The translations under genes and the position numbers were made by a program. From the human T2T-CHM13v2.0 reference genome, Homo sapiens: a stretch of DNA of 64,000 nt. The stretch lies in NCBI RefSeq assembly GCF_009914755.1, contig NC_060936.1. One strand, written 5' to 3'. The notes below the pieces were generated by a model. It saw only the letters and a list, made by a program, of their open reading frames with translations. It did no database searches and was not told the DNA's origin. Shown here piece by piece: positions 1-15,964 of this stretch; position 1 is the stretch's first letter, and each line of letters begins with the position of its first letter.

Positions 1-298
1 CTCTGTTTGTCTTGCTTGTTCTGTTTTTTCTTTCCTCCCTTCCTTGCCTTCTTTTGGGCCACCTTCTCTTTTTTTTTTTTTTTTATCAATTCTCCCCTCT
101 GCCAGTGAAAAATTATATATTTTCTTTCTGTTCTTTAAGTGGTTACCCTAAAATCTCCATGTGCACACTTCTGTATCAGAGTATGAAGTTAACGATGGCC
201 TCCACCCTCTTCTCCAGCAATGATCTTATCACACAGTAGCTCAGTTTATTCATCTCAAATGCTGCTGTTAGTGTGCGTTTTAATTCTGTCCCTTTTCC

Positions 299-589
299 TT
301 TTTTTTTTTTTTGACACAGTCTTGCTCCATCGCCTAGGCTGGAGTGCAGTGGCGCGATCTTGGCTCACTGCAACTTCCGCCTCCTGTGTTCAAGCGAGTC
401 TCCTGCCTCAGCCTCCTGAGTAGCTGGGATTACAGGCACATGCCACCAGGCCCAGCTAATTTTTGTATTTTTAGTAGAGATGGGTTTCACCATGTTGGCC
501 AGGCTAGTCTCGAACTCCTGACCTCGTGATGCACCTGCCTTGGCCTCCCAAAGTGTTGGGATTATAGGCGTGAGCCACCATGCCCAGCC
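299..589 (-). mobile_element. Alu (S)
   Basis: Poly-T followed by antisense Alu consensus. Confidence 0.92.
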
Positions 590-708
590 ATAATTCTGTC
601 CTTTTTCATCTTTGACTTTTTATGTGGAATTACTTTCCTTCCACTTGACCCATCCTTTGGAATTTCCTTTAGTGCTTGAAAATGCCTGTGTGTCACTCTT
701 GTTCCTGA

Positions 709-1527
<819 letters not shown>

Positions 1528-4240
1528 TGAGTCATGTCTTTCGCTCTGTCTCCTCAGTCACTCATTTTTCCCTTGGTTAAGTCAAATCTGCTTCAAAGCT
1601 TGTCTGTTGAATTTTTATCTTGATGATTTATTATTTTATTTTCAGAAGTTCCCAAATAATGCCTGGTCTTTGTTTATAGTCTCTTGTTTCCAGGCCTCGC
1701 AGAGTGAGTGAGGTGTTTTTCTGGATCTGGTGATTTCCCTGTCTGAAATGTGCTGCATCTGCGGGGACCCCTCGCAGCCTGGGGCAAAGGTGGAGTTTTG
1801 CTTCCGCGGGCACCTTCAGGTGCCACAGGAACACTGCTTGGTGTGTGGCTCAGGCTTTCACTCAGCTCTCAGGTGTTACCCACCTGGCCTCTGAATCTGT
1901 GTCTCCTCCTCTCTCCTCCCCGGCACTGAGGCTTAGGGCAGGTGCTTTTCTTACAGATGCCACTGGAGGAAGGGGATGCTTTCTTTGCAGCCTTTGGGTA
2001 CCTTTGTGGGTACAGTGTCTCCCTCCAGGATGGCAGCTGGCAGTAGCACGGGGCTCTTTTGCAAGCTCCCCACCGAGAACTGGCCTATACCTGGTGTCTG
2101 GTCAGCTGTGTCCTGTGCGACCCTGGAGATCACGGGGTGCGTCTCCATGTGGCCAGCGATCCCGGGCAGAGGTTGTGCAGCTTTTCTGCTCCGTGACTCG
2201 TGATGCCCGCCTGTGCTTAGGTTTGGAGACTGGCAGTTCCTGACTCTTTGCAGGTTTCTTGGTACATTTAAGATTTCTTGCTAGTGCTTTATTTAAGACG
2301 TCTCAGGATTTTCAGTGCTGTGCCAAGTAAGTCCTGGACCATTGTGGTCTTGAGATGGGCCCTGGAGCACCGGCTGCATCTTTGTTTCCCAGCAGTTCCA
2401 CAGGGGGCGCTCAGGGCACTTATCTTAGTGAATTTTATTTATAATTGTTTAAGTGACAGTAAACTAGTAAATGCCTTCTGATTGATTTTAATTTTAGTAA
2501 GGACTAACATTTATTTCGACCTTTGTTCATGTGTGAGTAAATCATGTAATTTCACATATTTCGCAGAATAATCTTGGGAAATATTATTTTCATCCGTTTT
2601 CTGTAAGTAACAGGACCCAGCAAGAGACCAGGGTCCGTGAGGGCCTTGTGCAGGGAGGGCCCTTGAAATCAGGGCCCCCAGCAGCTGCCCACGCTGGAGC
2701 CTCTCTTGTGTTCTGGGTGCACGCCATGACGGTGCTGATAGGACACACAGGTGGCCCAGAGCCTCTTACTACGTCAAGACAGCGGGAGATGCATGCAGTA
2801 GCAAGTGCACAGAAAGTGGGCACTGGGTGGAAAGTGTTGCTTTATAAATAGCCAGATCTCAATCATGACTAAGAAGAATGTAGAAAAATGATAAAATTAC
2901 CAGCCTCAAAACCTTGGTGCGTCACCGGGTTCCCCACTTCAGCTGGCTGCCCTAGCTGCACTGTACAGCTCATTACTGGAACGTCGTCCAGGCCTGTCAT
3001 ATGCAGAGCCCTTGGGACTCACAAGACGCTCAAATACTTACCATCCTCAGTCTGATTCTTTCATATAAACTTGCAGTCGTTTTTGTGAAAAGAAAAAATG
3101 TGTCTGAAATATGAGACCAAAAATAAGCTTAAATGATGAGTGATGGCAAATTGGGGAGGCAGTCAGTTGACTCACCATGCAGTGGAACGACTTGCTCTCT
3201 CACTGCTGCAGGTGGGCACACTACGAGAATTGCTCTTCTGTGTCACCTGGTCATTGTGTTTTTTGCATTAACTGAGGACAGAAAGGGAGGAAAAATCTCT
3301 TTTTGTGCACATACTCCTTTGAATTGTATGTTTGGCTTTTTTTGTTTTGTCAAAGGTTGCAAAACTTCCTCAAGTTGTTCAACAGCAAACACCCGTGGCC
3401 AGCATCCAGCAAGTTGCCTCTGCTTCCCAGCAGGTAGGACGCATAGACAAAGTGGAAACCTCACATTTCCCAGGTCAGAGAATGGGTTGTTTTCATCTGA
3501 GGTCATGATTAGGGAATCACTTTTGATTTTTGTGATACACACAAAAACATTAACTTCAGGGGAAAAACTAGATACACTTAATAATGAGAAGAGTGAACAA
3601 GCGTTTAGAGGTTGTGTCAGCCATACTGAGGGAGCCTCACCTTGGGCTCATTCCCAGGACCCTTCATTCACTGATCATCGCGGGTGTGTCCTGCAAGTCG
3701 CAGACACTGCCCTGTGGTTTTAGGGAGGCACAGGCCTCAGGCAAGCAGGCTCCGCTCGGGGCCCGCCCTTGAGCAGAGGCGCTGTGGGCACAGTGGCCTT
3801 GCCTCCCACAGAAGCCCTTCAGGCGCTTTCACTGTTGTCACTGATGCTCCACAATATGACTCTTTAGCACAGTGCTTTAAATGTAAAGCGGTGCTTTAAA
3901 CTTTCTAAATTTTGTTTAAAGTCACACTGGCATATAGATTTCAAGAAACCAAACTCTATTAAAAGCTTTACTACAACAACAAAATCAGTCCCTGACCCAG
4001 CTCTCACCCTTTTCCCAAGAGGCATCTGGTGTTAGTCTAAAAGCAACCATCTTTTAATTTTCCACTTGTGTTTAATTGGAAACCAGAGGTCATACTGTTG
4101 TGTGACTGGTCATTCTTCCGTGTCATAAAAGCATAGTCAGTGAAGTTTCTCGAGTCCTCCCCATCCCAAAGAACGTCCATTTTCCTGTCCCTGGACTGAG
4201 TTTCCTGGGCAATGTGTGTTTTCTGACTCTCTCGGCTCAG

Positions 4241-4513
4241 GCTTCTCCACAGACTGTGGCGCTCACGCAGGCGACGGCGGCCGGGCAGCAGGTGCAGATG
4301 ATCCCTGCAGTGACCGCGACTGCCCAGGTGGTTCAGCAGAAACTCATTCAGCAGCAGGTGGTGACCACGGCGTCGGCCCCGCTCCAGACTCCAGGCGCTC
4401 CCAACCCAGCCCAGGTGCCCGCCAGCTCCGACAGCCCAAGCCAGCAGCCCAAGTTACAGATGAGGGTCCCTGCTGTCAGGCTAAAGACACCTACTAAGCC
4501 TCCGTGCCAGTAG
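4241..4513 (+). CDS. EP400: EP400 (p400 chromatin remodeller) last coding exon
   Basis: Acceptor ...ctctcggctcag at 4240. Translates ASPQTVALTQATAAGQQVQMIPAVTATAQVVQQKLIQQ...RLKTPTKPPCQ then TAG (4511-4513), matching the recalled EP400 C-terminus. Confidence 0.95.
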   Translation, partial: ASPQTVALTQATAAGQQVQMIPAVTATAQVVQQKLIQQQVVTTASAPLQTPGAPNPAQVPASSDSPSQQPKLQMRVPAVRLKTPTKPPCQ

Positions 4514-7310
4514 TCAGGGCAGCAGGGCTGCCTCTCATCTAAAGCAAAACTACCTTCCTCACAGAAAACGCTTTATTAGTGAACCTTGGGACCATGTCAC
4601 GCAAGAGATTCAGCACTGGGAAAGATATAATTGAAACAAAATAGTGTAATCATTTTATTAAAATGCATCCCACACTGCAGGACAAATGGTCCTTATGGAG
4701 TGCCGCGTTCTCTGTACTACGTGGCTCATGGAAAAAGTGACAACATGGCTTCCTCTAAATCATTTCACCTTTCAGTCCCCACCCGCACCCGTCCCCTAGA
4801 GCCATAGTACTGTGTTCTGAAAGCCATTTAGAATTTCTTTGTGAGCATGTAGTGCTTTGCACGCCACAGAAGCCGTCTGCCGTGTGTGAGGAGCATACAA
4901 TGGACTTTCTAAAGATAAGGCGTGGGCTTCCACAGTGTCTGCCAGAGTTTAGTTCTTTATACCTTACTGAAAAATGCCTCGTGGTCTTCGCAGAGGGGAA
5001 GGCCTGTCTAAAGTCAATCATCCGAGATGGGTTTTCCATTCCAAAGAAAGGCAATATGGTTCCTTCCTTCCCTCCTAAAATATGACTTAACTTTTAAGAG
5101 AAATGTTCTGACACCCACCTAAACACACAAGGCACGTTCCTGGCCTGTGTTCAAGGGAAATGATCAGTCATTGCATTGTTATTCCAAAGAGCAGCCAACA
5201 GTGGCCTCCCCCAGGCCCTACCCTGCAATGGGATTCGCTTTCATTTAATGGAAACTTCTGGGACTGATGCCCAACTCAGTGCACTCAAGACGCATCTCCA
5301 GTTTTCGGGGGAAGCTGGTATTTGACATAGTGTGTTAAACAGCTCCTGAGAACCTTTGGGACACTCTGCCATGGCTGGCGTGAGGCCCAGAGGACCACGC
5401 AGAGGCAATGGTAGTACAGATGTCACAGCTGAGGGTACGATGAGGCCTGGGCTCAGTGAGCCAGGACGAATGTGACAGACACCCCTTGCTGCCACAGTCA
5501 GCCCTTTGACGAAGGTGGGCTGGTGATTCTGGAAGTATTGGCTATAGCGGTGGGCCCAGTCAACTCTTCCTTGTGGACTTACGACAGCAGATTTTCTCTA
5601 GGATAAGCTTGTGTGGTTCTGCCAGTGAAGCAGAGAACCACCTGTGCTGTTGTGGAAGGCGTGCCGTTGAGGGGGAAAACGAAGCCCAGTATTTGCTACT
5701 GTTTTTCCTTTTTTTACTATGACAGGAAAATAAATGCAATTTTAGTGGAATTGATTGACAGTGTCTCCTTACTTTGAAGTTTTCACCAAAGCAAAAAGGT
5801 CCATATCCAATAGTATCCTTTGTGCTGTGGCTTGATTTTGGCCTATTTTACATTATTTGGTCCAGGAAATTAGGTTATATTAGGTTTTTTGTATACTAAA
5901 AATCAGTTATGGCACAATAAAGATTTTCTGTTTTTAAATTGTATTTCATCTGCTTCCTCCCCATTCTCTCACTTTAAGTGACATTGAGGAAGGTATTCTG
6001 TCCCACAGGTTTCTGTGGACAGCGATACAGCAGGAGTCAGTGAAATCAACTGGGGAGCTCACTTGAGCTCTTGATAAGAAATGTGGAGAAAAGTAAAAAC
6101 CAAGCTTTGAAGAAACAGAAGAAATTAATCTTTTAGTTAGTTGAACATACCAAAGCAGAGGACTGGAATCTGTTTGTTCTAACCAACCCGTTCTCCCTGG
6201 CTTGGCACGTGCCGTGAGAGCGCAGCTTGCCGGAGGGAGGGCCGCTGTGTGCGCCTCACATCTGGCTCCCAGTGGAAACTTTTACTCCTCCTCATCCGCA
6301 GATGTGATAGAACTGAAGTATCTAGGAATTCTGCCTTTGTCATTTGTTTTAATTTGTGTGCCCTGTTCATTTTTTTTGTCTTTCCCAAATCTTGGTAGTC
6401 TCCTTATAGTTGAAGATAAAATGTTGAGTGCACTTATTTTAGAATATCCTAGACATAACTGTCTAAGTAAAAGCGCTCTATTAATCTAAAACACTACAAG
6501 AGAATTTAACACCATCTCTCAAATGCTTTTTTGGAGAGCTTAATGGGATTCTGAATATTTGCAATGTGGAGTTTCCGCCCCGATCTCACGTCAGTGAGGG
6601 TCTCCTGTCTCTCAAGTGTGTTTCCTTTGGCTGTTCCCTAATACAAAACACGGACATATTTTTACTCGTAGCACTCAATTTAGTAACTTCTAGATGCTAC
6701 CGTTGACCTGAGTTAAATTCATTTAGTCGTGTACGTAAAAACTCTCCTTTTAGTGTGTTATTTTCTTGGCCTTCCCTTTTAAAGGTTAAAGTTTCTAACC
6801 TAAGAATTAAGTACGCGTTCAGGAAGCTGTTGTCTAGGCCTTCCCCTTGTGAATCTGGGTTCATTCCAATACGGCAAGTAAGAGTTGGAAACTTTGAGAA
6901 CACAGACTATAAAGGCAGCAGCCCGAACACTGTCAGACTCTAATTGGCGACCCTGGGAAACAGTTGCCCTGCTATTCTTTAAAGAAAGACGTTTATTCTG
7001 ATGATAAAAACAGTTAGCCAGACTGTTTTTAAAGCACCTGGCGGGAAGCAGAAGGTTGGATCCAAGCCCTTGTTCAGATTTGGTGCCTGATAAGACAGGG
7101 GTTTCTCTTTTTGTGACCTTTATTATTATTATTTTGTTAACTGTTGTAACCAGTTAGCTGTTGTGTTTTAAGATAGAAAGGAACAAGACTAAAATTGTAA
7201 ATACTTTGTAAACATCAGCATTTGTACTTGAATAGTAGGATTTTAAAGGGCATTGATAGCATACCAAACAAAAGGCAAAATAAAGTGACCTTTTTATATA
7301 TTTTTTCATT
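4514..7310 (+). other. EP400: EP400 3'UTR with tandem poly(A) signals
   Basis: Repeat-free stretch after the stop. ATTAAA at 4657; AATAAA at 5729, 5916 and 7279, the last followed by a T-rich downstream element. 3' end approximate. Confidence 0.75.
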
Positions 7311-7586
7311 TTGTCTTTCATAGAAAACTGGTATTTAAGTTAAATGAGATGCTGAATTTTTCATTTGTGTGAAGAAAAAACCAACAAGTAATGTTGGAGC
7401 CAGAGGTGTTCCCCTCACCCACTCTTCCGTGGCCATAGAAGGACCTGGAAGGAACAGAAATCACATTCACCAAGTCCACCAGGCAGCCGCTTCCCAAAGC
7501 CGCACGTGGAGGAAAGAGCTGGCACCGCCCTGCCCCATGTGGCCTGCCACCCTCACAGCACCCGTCGTCAATGTCCTGGGGGCCAC

Positions 7587-7747
7587 ACTGGCACCAGTGT
7601 CCTTCCACACCCAGTCTGTGTGCCCAACTGGCACCAGTGTCCTTCCACACCCAGTCTGTGTGCCCAACTGGCACCAGTGTCCTTCCACACCCAGTCTGTG
7701 TGCCCAACTGGCACCAGTGTCCTTCCACACCCAGTCTGTGTGCCCAA
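7587..7747. repeat. 40-bp minisatellite x4 (perfect)
   Basis: ACTGGCACCAGTGTCCTTCCACACCCAGTCTGTGTGCCCA; GCACCAGTGT recurs at 7591, 7631, 7671 and 7711. Confidence 0.95.
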
Positions 7748-8879
7748 GTAAGGGCAGGGACACCGGCTCACAGGTGCTCACCACCGAAAACGCCTGTGAG
7801 CAGATGGCCTGCGAGTTGTTGCTTCTCTTTTTCTTCTGCTTTTAGACTTTTCTTCGTTTCGTTTTAAATCTGATTACAAAAATCAACGTACACTTTTAAT
7901 TGAAAACGCACACATTACGCAAAGTAAAGAAGCATCCCAGAAGCCCCTTAGTTTCTGTATCTTTTCTCCCACCACAAAAACGGGGGTGCACGGGCACTTG
8001 GCCCTGCAGCTTTGGGCTTCCACCTCCGGTCTTCCAGATTGAAAGCTCCCAGGGTCTGGTTGCACACTTCGTGTCTGCAGGTGATAGTGCAGATACCAGG
8101 GTGGGCGAGAAAGCCAGCTGCAAAGCCCGGCTGGTGCTCCCTGGCCTCTGGGGGTCTGTACTGCAGTGCCTGGTGCACCTGCGGCTCCATGCCTACCAGC
8201 CACATAACCAGGGGCAGGTGACTTCCTCCTTCAGGGCCTCTGTGTCCCCATGTCCCCTCTCCTAAGGTGGCTTGAGGATCCAGTCCAATGTTGGGTGCTG
8301 CACTTGGTGTCTGTCTTTTATACTCCCAACGAAGAGGACTGCAGGTTTTGCAAAGCCTACTGTTTCTGTCATCCTGACCCTACCATCACGTCTTTGCCAA
8401 GTGTGCCTGTGGCAGCAGGCCCTATGGCGGGCTTATCTGGCCTGGAAGCTGTGTTTCTGTTTGCTGTCCAGTAGCGACCAGGGGCCAGTGGGTGAAGCAA
8501 TTGTGCCTGCGCACAGCCGTCAAGACCTTAAGGTAGCTTCTGAGCCCGGAGTGTGTTGTGTCACCTCCTACTCGAGATGTCAGATCGTGTGACAGCTGCC
8601 CACCAACACCCCAGAGTTGGGCATTGTGATCCAGGGCAATGGGAGGGGAGATTCCTTTGCCATAGGGTGCCCTGCTATGCTGTTGCTGCAGCATCTATTC
8701 CCCTAATTTTTCTAAAGTTCCCATTTTATTGGGTAGATTATGCTATATACATTCGGTGGAATGCAGTGCAGCCTCTACAAAGTACAGCTGTGCTGGGGGA
8801 TGAGTTTGTGAAGTATGCTACCAGGATGGAACTGGTTGTATGCCTGGATGTGCATAGAATATCCTGGAAGTATTTGCCC

Positions 8880-9600
<721 letters not shown>

Positions 9601-10057
9601 TGAATTAATTTTTAAAATAAGGCCCTATCAGCTTTTTTGTCACATGGTCCCCTACTCGGGAACCTTTATTTCCGACCTCCTGCCTGATCTTGTGTAGCCA
9701 CCTACACTCCGACCAGCCCCCAGAGCAGCATCGTTCTGCCCCCTGTGCAGCCTTTCCTGTCTCCCTGACTTTGTGCTCGTCTCCTTTGTTGTAAAGTATT
9801 TCTCCTACTTTGAAGACTACTCCCACTTAACTAAGTGTGCATCCATTCATTCATTCATTTATTCATTTCTCCCCAGTGTTCTCCTCCAGTAGTATCTTGG
9901 GCTGAACAACAGTATTTGTCTTATTTCTCCAGCTGTAGTGTGGCTCTGTTTTATCCCTATTCAATGAATATTTAATGTAGCATATTTCATGCCAACTTTA
10001 CCACTAGTGCTGGAGTGGCGGAAGGACAACACTTGGCTGTTTAAGAAAATCAAAGCT

Positions 10058-10395
<338 letters not shown>

Positions 10396-10844
10396 TTATT
10401 CAGCTGTTTATAAAGTACATACTATGTGGCAGTTTAGACAACTAGGCTATACTTGCCAGCAAAATAAAAAAGGGGGTTGCATCCTAGCAGGTCAGATAAA
10501 ATAATTCAGGGGATAAGTACCATGAAGAAATGGACAGGTGGTAAGTGATACGGGTTTCACTCTTAAATAGATGGGCAGGTTATGCAGTGGAAGGCGCCTG
10601 ATGCACAGCTCCAAAGCTCACCCGTCTACAGTGGACACGACGAAACCAGGGACATGTCCCACCATTTCAGTGGTCACAGGCAAGAGTCTTGTGGATCTTC
10701 GGATCCCACGTAACATCTCATCTCCCTAGGCACCCCGACTCCCCTGCCCAATTTAAAACAGACCTCAGCCTGCCCCATCCCGGCTGCTTTGCCTGGTGCT
10801 CTTCTAACTGCATGTTTATCTATCCTCCCCGCCTAGACTGTAGG

Positions 10845-11850
10845 GCCCGCGAGGGGAGCCGCTAGCTGTGCTTGTCAGTGTGACCAGCGCTCAGCAGGTG
10901 TCCGGCGGGAGGGCGGGCAAATACAACTCAGTGCCCACGTGCGAATGAATGAACAAACTAGTTCCGGGCGGAGCCAGAGGCGCGCGCCGGCGCGGACCGA
11001 GGCCCGGCCCTATCCGCCCCGCCCCCTCCGCCCCGCCCCCTCCGCCACGTCCCTCCGGGTCCGCTGGGCGCTGATTGGTCCGAGCCTCGCCTGCGCAGTG
11101 CCGGGCCGGCTCCCGCGCTTGCGCACTGGCTCCGCGTCGGCCGGTCGGTTTGGTCGGTTGTAGTGGCCTCGCCGCCCGGTCCGCTGTCGCAGCGCTCATC
11201 CGCGCCGGGAGCCCTTGGCTGCGTCGCCCGGCAGCCGCGGTGAGTGACGGCCCGCGTATCCGCTGCCGGGGCTGTGGCGGGCGTGAGGGGTTGGCCCTAC
11301 CCTCGGCCCCCGACCGCCCACATCCGCCGGTTACCCTCGAGGCTCCCCGGCCGCGCGCTCCCCTCTCTCCGTCCCATCACCCGGTGACCCCGGCTGAGCG
11401 AACGCCCACCCCTCCCTCAGGGACCCCCTCCCCGTGACACGATCCCCCGTGAACGCCCACCTCCCTCAGTGAACACTCCCCCGTGACATGACCCCCCGCA
11501 AACGCCCACCCATCCCTCGGTGACCCTGCGCCCGTGAGCGCCCACCCCTCCCCCTGCGACCCCTCCCCCCGCCACCTGGCAACTGCCGTTTTCCCGCCTT
11601 CCCTCCTCCGCCCCCTCTCCCGCATCACCCCGTTTTCTGGTGACCGCTCCCCCCCATCCCGTGACACAAACCCCCGACCTCCCAGCCCTTCCCCGGTGAC
11701 ACGATCCCTGTGACCGTCTGGCCCGGTAACCGCCCCTCCCCTCATGACCCTTCACCCAGTCCCCTGGTGCCCACCCCCGTCACTGCCGCCCGCCTGGTTC
11801 CAGCCTCGCGAGACCGCTGTCTACGGCGCTGACGCCGCCTCTGCCTCTTG
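10845..11850 (+). promoter_or_regulatory. CpG-island promoter of EP400P1/EP400NL
   Basis: Dense CpG; GC boxes (CCGCCC cluster at ~11013-11040); inverted CCAAT box CTGATTGG at 11071; NRF1-like TGCGCA at 11093; no TATA box. Confidence 0.85.
11100..11239 (+). other. EP400P1: EP400P1 non-coding exon 1 (start approximate)
   Basis: Strong donor GCG|GTGAGT at 11240 just downstream of the promoter motifs; no ATG in the exon. Confidence 0.7.
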
Positions 11851-12398
11851 ACCCCTTGGCCCCGCTGTCCTGATCCCTGAGGTCGGGGCCTGGTCTGCAC
11901 TCCAGGAAAGACGAGTGCGCTTAGTGTGCGCTGCACGTGAGCAGTGAAGTTGATTCCACGCGCTGCGCTGCTCGGCAGCTGTCCCAGAACTGACCACGGA
12001 CCCCTCCGCGGGTCCTGCTCCTGACAAGGGCCTTCCGGCACTGGGAGTTTTGTGTTAGTGGAAAGGAAGAATCTAATAATACCACCACCTTTACAGTAAA
12101 GACGCTGCGAATTGACGCCTTTTATAATAAAGACACTTATCTTGCCCAAGAGCTGGGTGAGTATTTCCTCCTTACCAAAAAGTTGGTTTACTTACAGTTA
12201 ACTGGCTGAAAGTTTGAGTCTTAGGCTTATTTGTGCCGCTCCAGGCAGGCTGATTGGCGCTGGTTTCCATCTGTCAGATTGGACAGCAGTACCACTGGCT
12301 GTTGGGGGCTCACGACCAGATAGAGTCTTGTCTGGGAACCACAAGTGAGTGTTGTTACCACAGCTCTGCAGCAGTGAGGGCACCTCTCAATCCACGTG

Positions 12399-12718
12399 CA
12401 GTCGCCCCACCTTATCTTCAGGGGATACGGTCCAACACCCTCAATGGATGCCTGAAATCAAGGATAGTAGTGAACACTATATACACTGTTTTGTTATGCA
12501 TCCTTCCATATCTACGATAAAGTTTAATTCATAAACTAGGCACAGGAAGAGATTAATAACAGCTAATAATAAAATAGAACAGTCGTAACAATATACTGTA
12601 ATAAAAGTCATGTGAAAGTGATGTCTCTCTCCTAAAATATCTTACTGTATTGTACGCACATGTTTTTGAACTGCAGTTCACCGAGGGTTACTGAATCCAT
12701 GGATAAGGGGAGATTACA
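12399..12718. mobile_element. MER44-like Tigger MITE
   Basis: Terminal inverted repeats CAGTCGCCCCACCTTATC ... GGATAAGGGGAGATTA. Confidence 0.6.
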
Positions 12719-12880
12719 GCAGTTTCTTTTCTGACTATGTTATTGAGACTTCAAAACTAACTAAATTGTTCGTTGAATGGAATTGTCCAAGGTGTACAAA
12801 ATGACAGTTGTAACACAAAGGTGTTTCACTGACATCCCTGTCACGTTTTTGCTAAACTAATGCACTTTTAAAAATTATTA

Positions 12881-13183
<303 letters not shown>

Positions 13184-13965
13184 TTACTTATAAAAGTCTG
13201 TACTTCATGTTCAGTCACAGTAGAGACAAGTAGAAACTCCCTCCTTCAACAATACCTAGCACTCAAGGAGAGATGGCCTTACAGAGTCAGCATGTGGTGC
13301 AGAGGTCTCTTGGCCATGATTTTAGGTCCTCCTGGGTCCACATCGTCCCACCTGGCCATGGATACGTTGTCATCTGATCTGTTCACTGTTAAGGTAACAG
13401 TTGTCATAACTACTACAAAATGGTTAAGTGTTAGGACTTTAATGATGGTGATCATGTAATAAAGGGCCTGGAGGATAATGGCATGCTTACGAATTTTCTG
13501 GGTGGTATTCACATGTTTGAAAAAGCATTGAAATGTATGATTTTGGGTGATGACTCTGAGAAGTATGGAGCATGACCCATTTTGAATAGGAGAACAGAAT
13601 GTTGTAAAGTGATTCTTGGTCCCCTAAGAGTCCATTGACAACCACCATGTAGAGGAAAAATGGCAAAGAATGGGCTCTCTCCAAAGTCAGGTGCTGAGGC
13701 CCTTCTAAGGAGGAAAAGCCAACGCCCTTTCACTGTGGTTTCCAGCTGCTACAGGAACAAATAGTGTCTATCTGTGTCCAGCTTATTTTTTGACTTCTTT
13801 GAGTCTGAAGATACTTTGAAAAACTTTGATTTGCCAGAGTAATTTTTTGTACCTTGGAATGAGCCATATTTTTAATTTGCTTTTTGATGTTACAAAATGT
13901 ACCCTCATAAGAATTCAAACAATACAGAAAAATAAGTCCTTTTCAGTCCTTTTGTGCTGTAATAA

Positions 13966-14329
<364 letters not shown>

Positions 14330-14819
14330 AAAAATTTATTCTTTTTATGTTTACATAATAGTCCGTACTGAGGATACAACATATTTAGTCAACCATTCCC
14401 CATTGATGGATTTCATTTTGTGTCTGTTTTTTTGCCACAGTTTGTACTGAGAGACACATTCCTATGCATGGGTCCTGACACTTTCTTTCATTTCTACAGG
14501 CTAGATTCCCATGAAGGGGAGCTAAATGGTGTTAGTGGGTCAAAGGGTATGCATATTTAACATTTAAATTTCAATAGTTATTGAGAGATCTATTCCCAAA
14601 GTTATAGCAAAGTTACATTCCTGAAGCCATGAAGGGGAGGACGCTTTGCTCCCGTCTGACATACTGCCTGTTGAATGGGTGCTGCCATGTCCTGCTGGCG
14701 CCGTGTGCTGCACTTCGTGGACTGGCCCATTGGCAGTGCCTCTTCTGAAGTTTTCCATTGTGTTCTTCCCCATTTCCTGGAGAGGTTTCCTTTTCTTTTC
14801 TTTTCTTTTTTTTTTTTAA

Positions 14820-15126
<307 letters not shown>

Positions 15127-15344
15127 AACTCTTTGGATAACAGGGATATTTACCCTTTGAAGTAATAAAATATTGCATGTATTTTTCTGCTAATTATTTT
15201 TTGTCTTTTGATCTTGTTTAAAACATCTTTTATGTAGTCATGTATTTTTTCCTTTACAGCATCTGGGTTTCCTGCATTACTTATTAAGAAGCTTTCACCA
15301 CCTCGCAGTTGTAGAGATAGTCCCCGAAATATTATTCCAATAAA

Positions 15345-15611
15345 GTGTTTTCCTCCTTTCCTCCCTGCCTCCTCTTCCTTCCTTCCAGGATAACATTTAG
15401 TTCTTTATTCTGACTGAAATGGTATGAGGTAGGGGTGTTTTCCTCCTTTCCTCCCTGCCTCCTCTTCCTTCCTTCCAGGATAACATTTAGTTCTTTATTC
15501 TGACTGAAATGGTATGAGGTAGGGGTGTTTTCCTCCTTTCCTCCCTGCCTCCTCTTCCTTCCATGATAACATTTAGTTATTTATTCTGATTGAAATGGTG
15601 TAAGGTAGGGG
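15345..15611. repeat. 90-bp tandem repeat x3
   Basis: GTGTTTTCCTCCTTTCCTCCCTGCC... starts at 15345, 15435 and 15525. Confidence 0.92.
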
Positions 15612-15687
15612 ATAACCTTTTCCCCCCTAGATGCTACTACCATTTCTTTTTCTTATTTTAATGTAATTAAAAATTTTAAAGGAAAGT

Positions 15688-15963
<276 letters not shown>

Positions 15964-15964
15964 T

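Noticed and set aside
3133-3723. 196-aa ATG-initiated intronic ORF
   Set aside because: No recognisable homology, domain or splice context; plausible by chance. Not excluded without a database search.
7587-7747. CRISPR-like appearance of the regular repeats (also at 44884-45223)
   Set aside because: Eukaryotic context, head-to-tail units without unique spacers, no cas genes.
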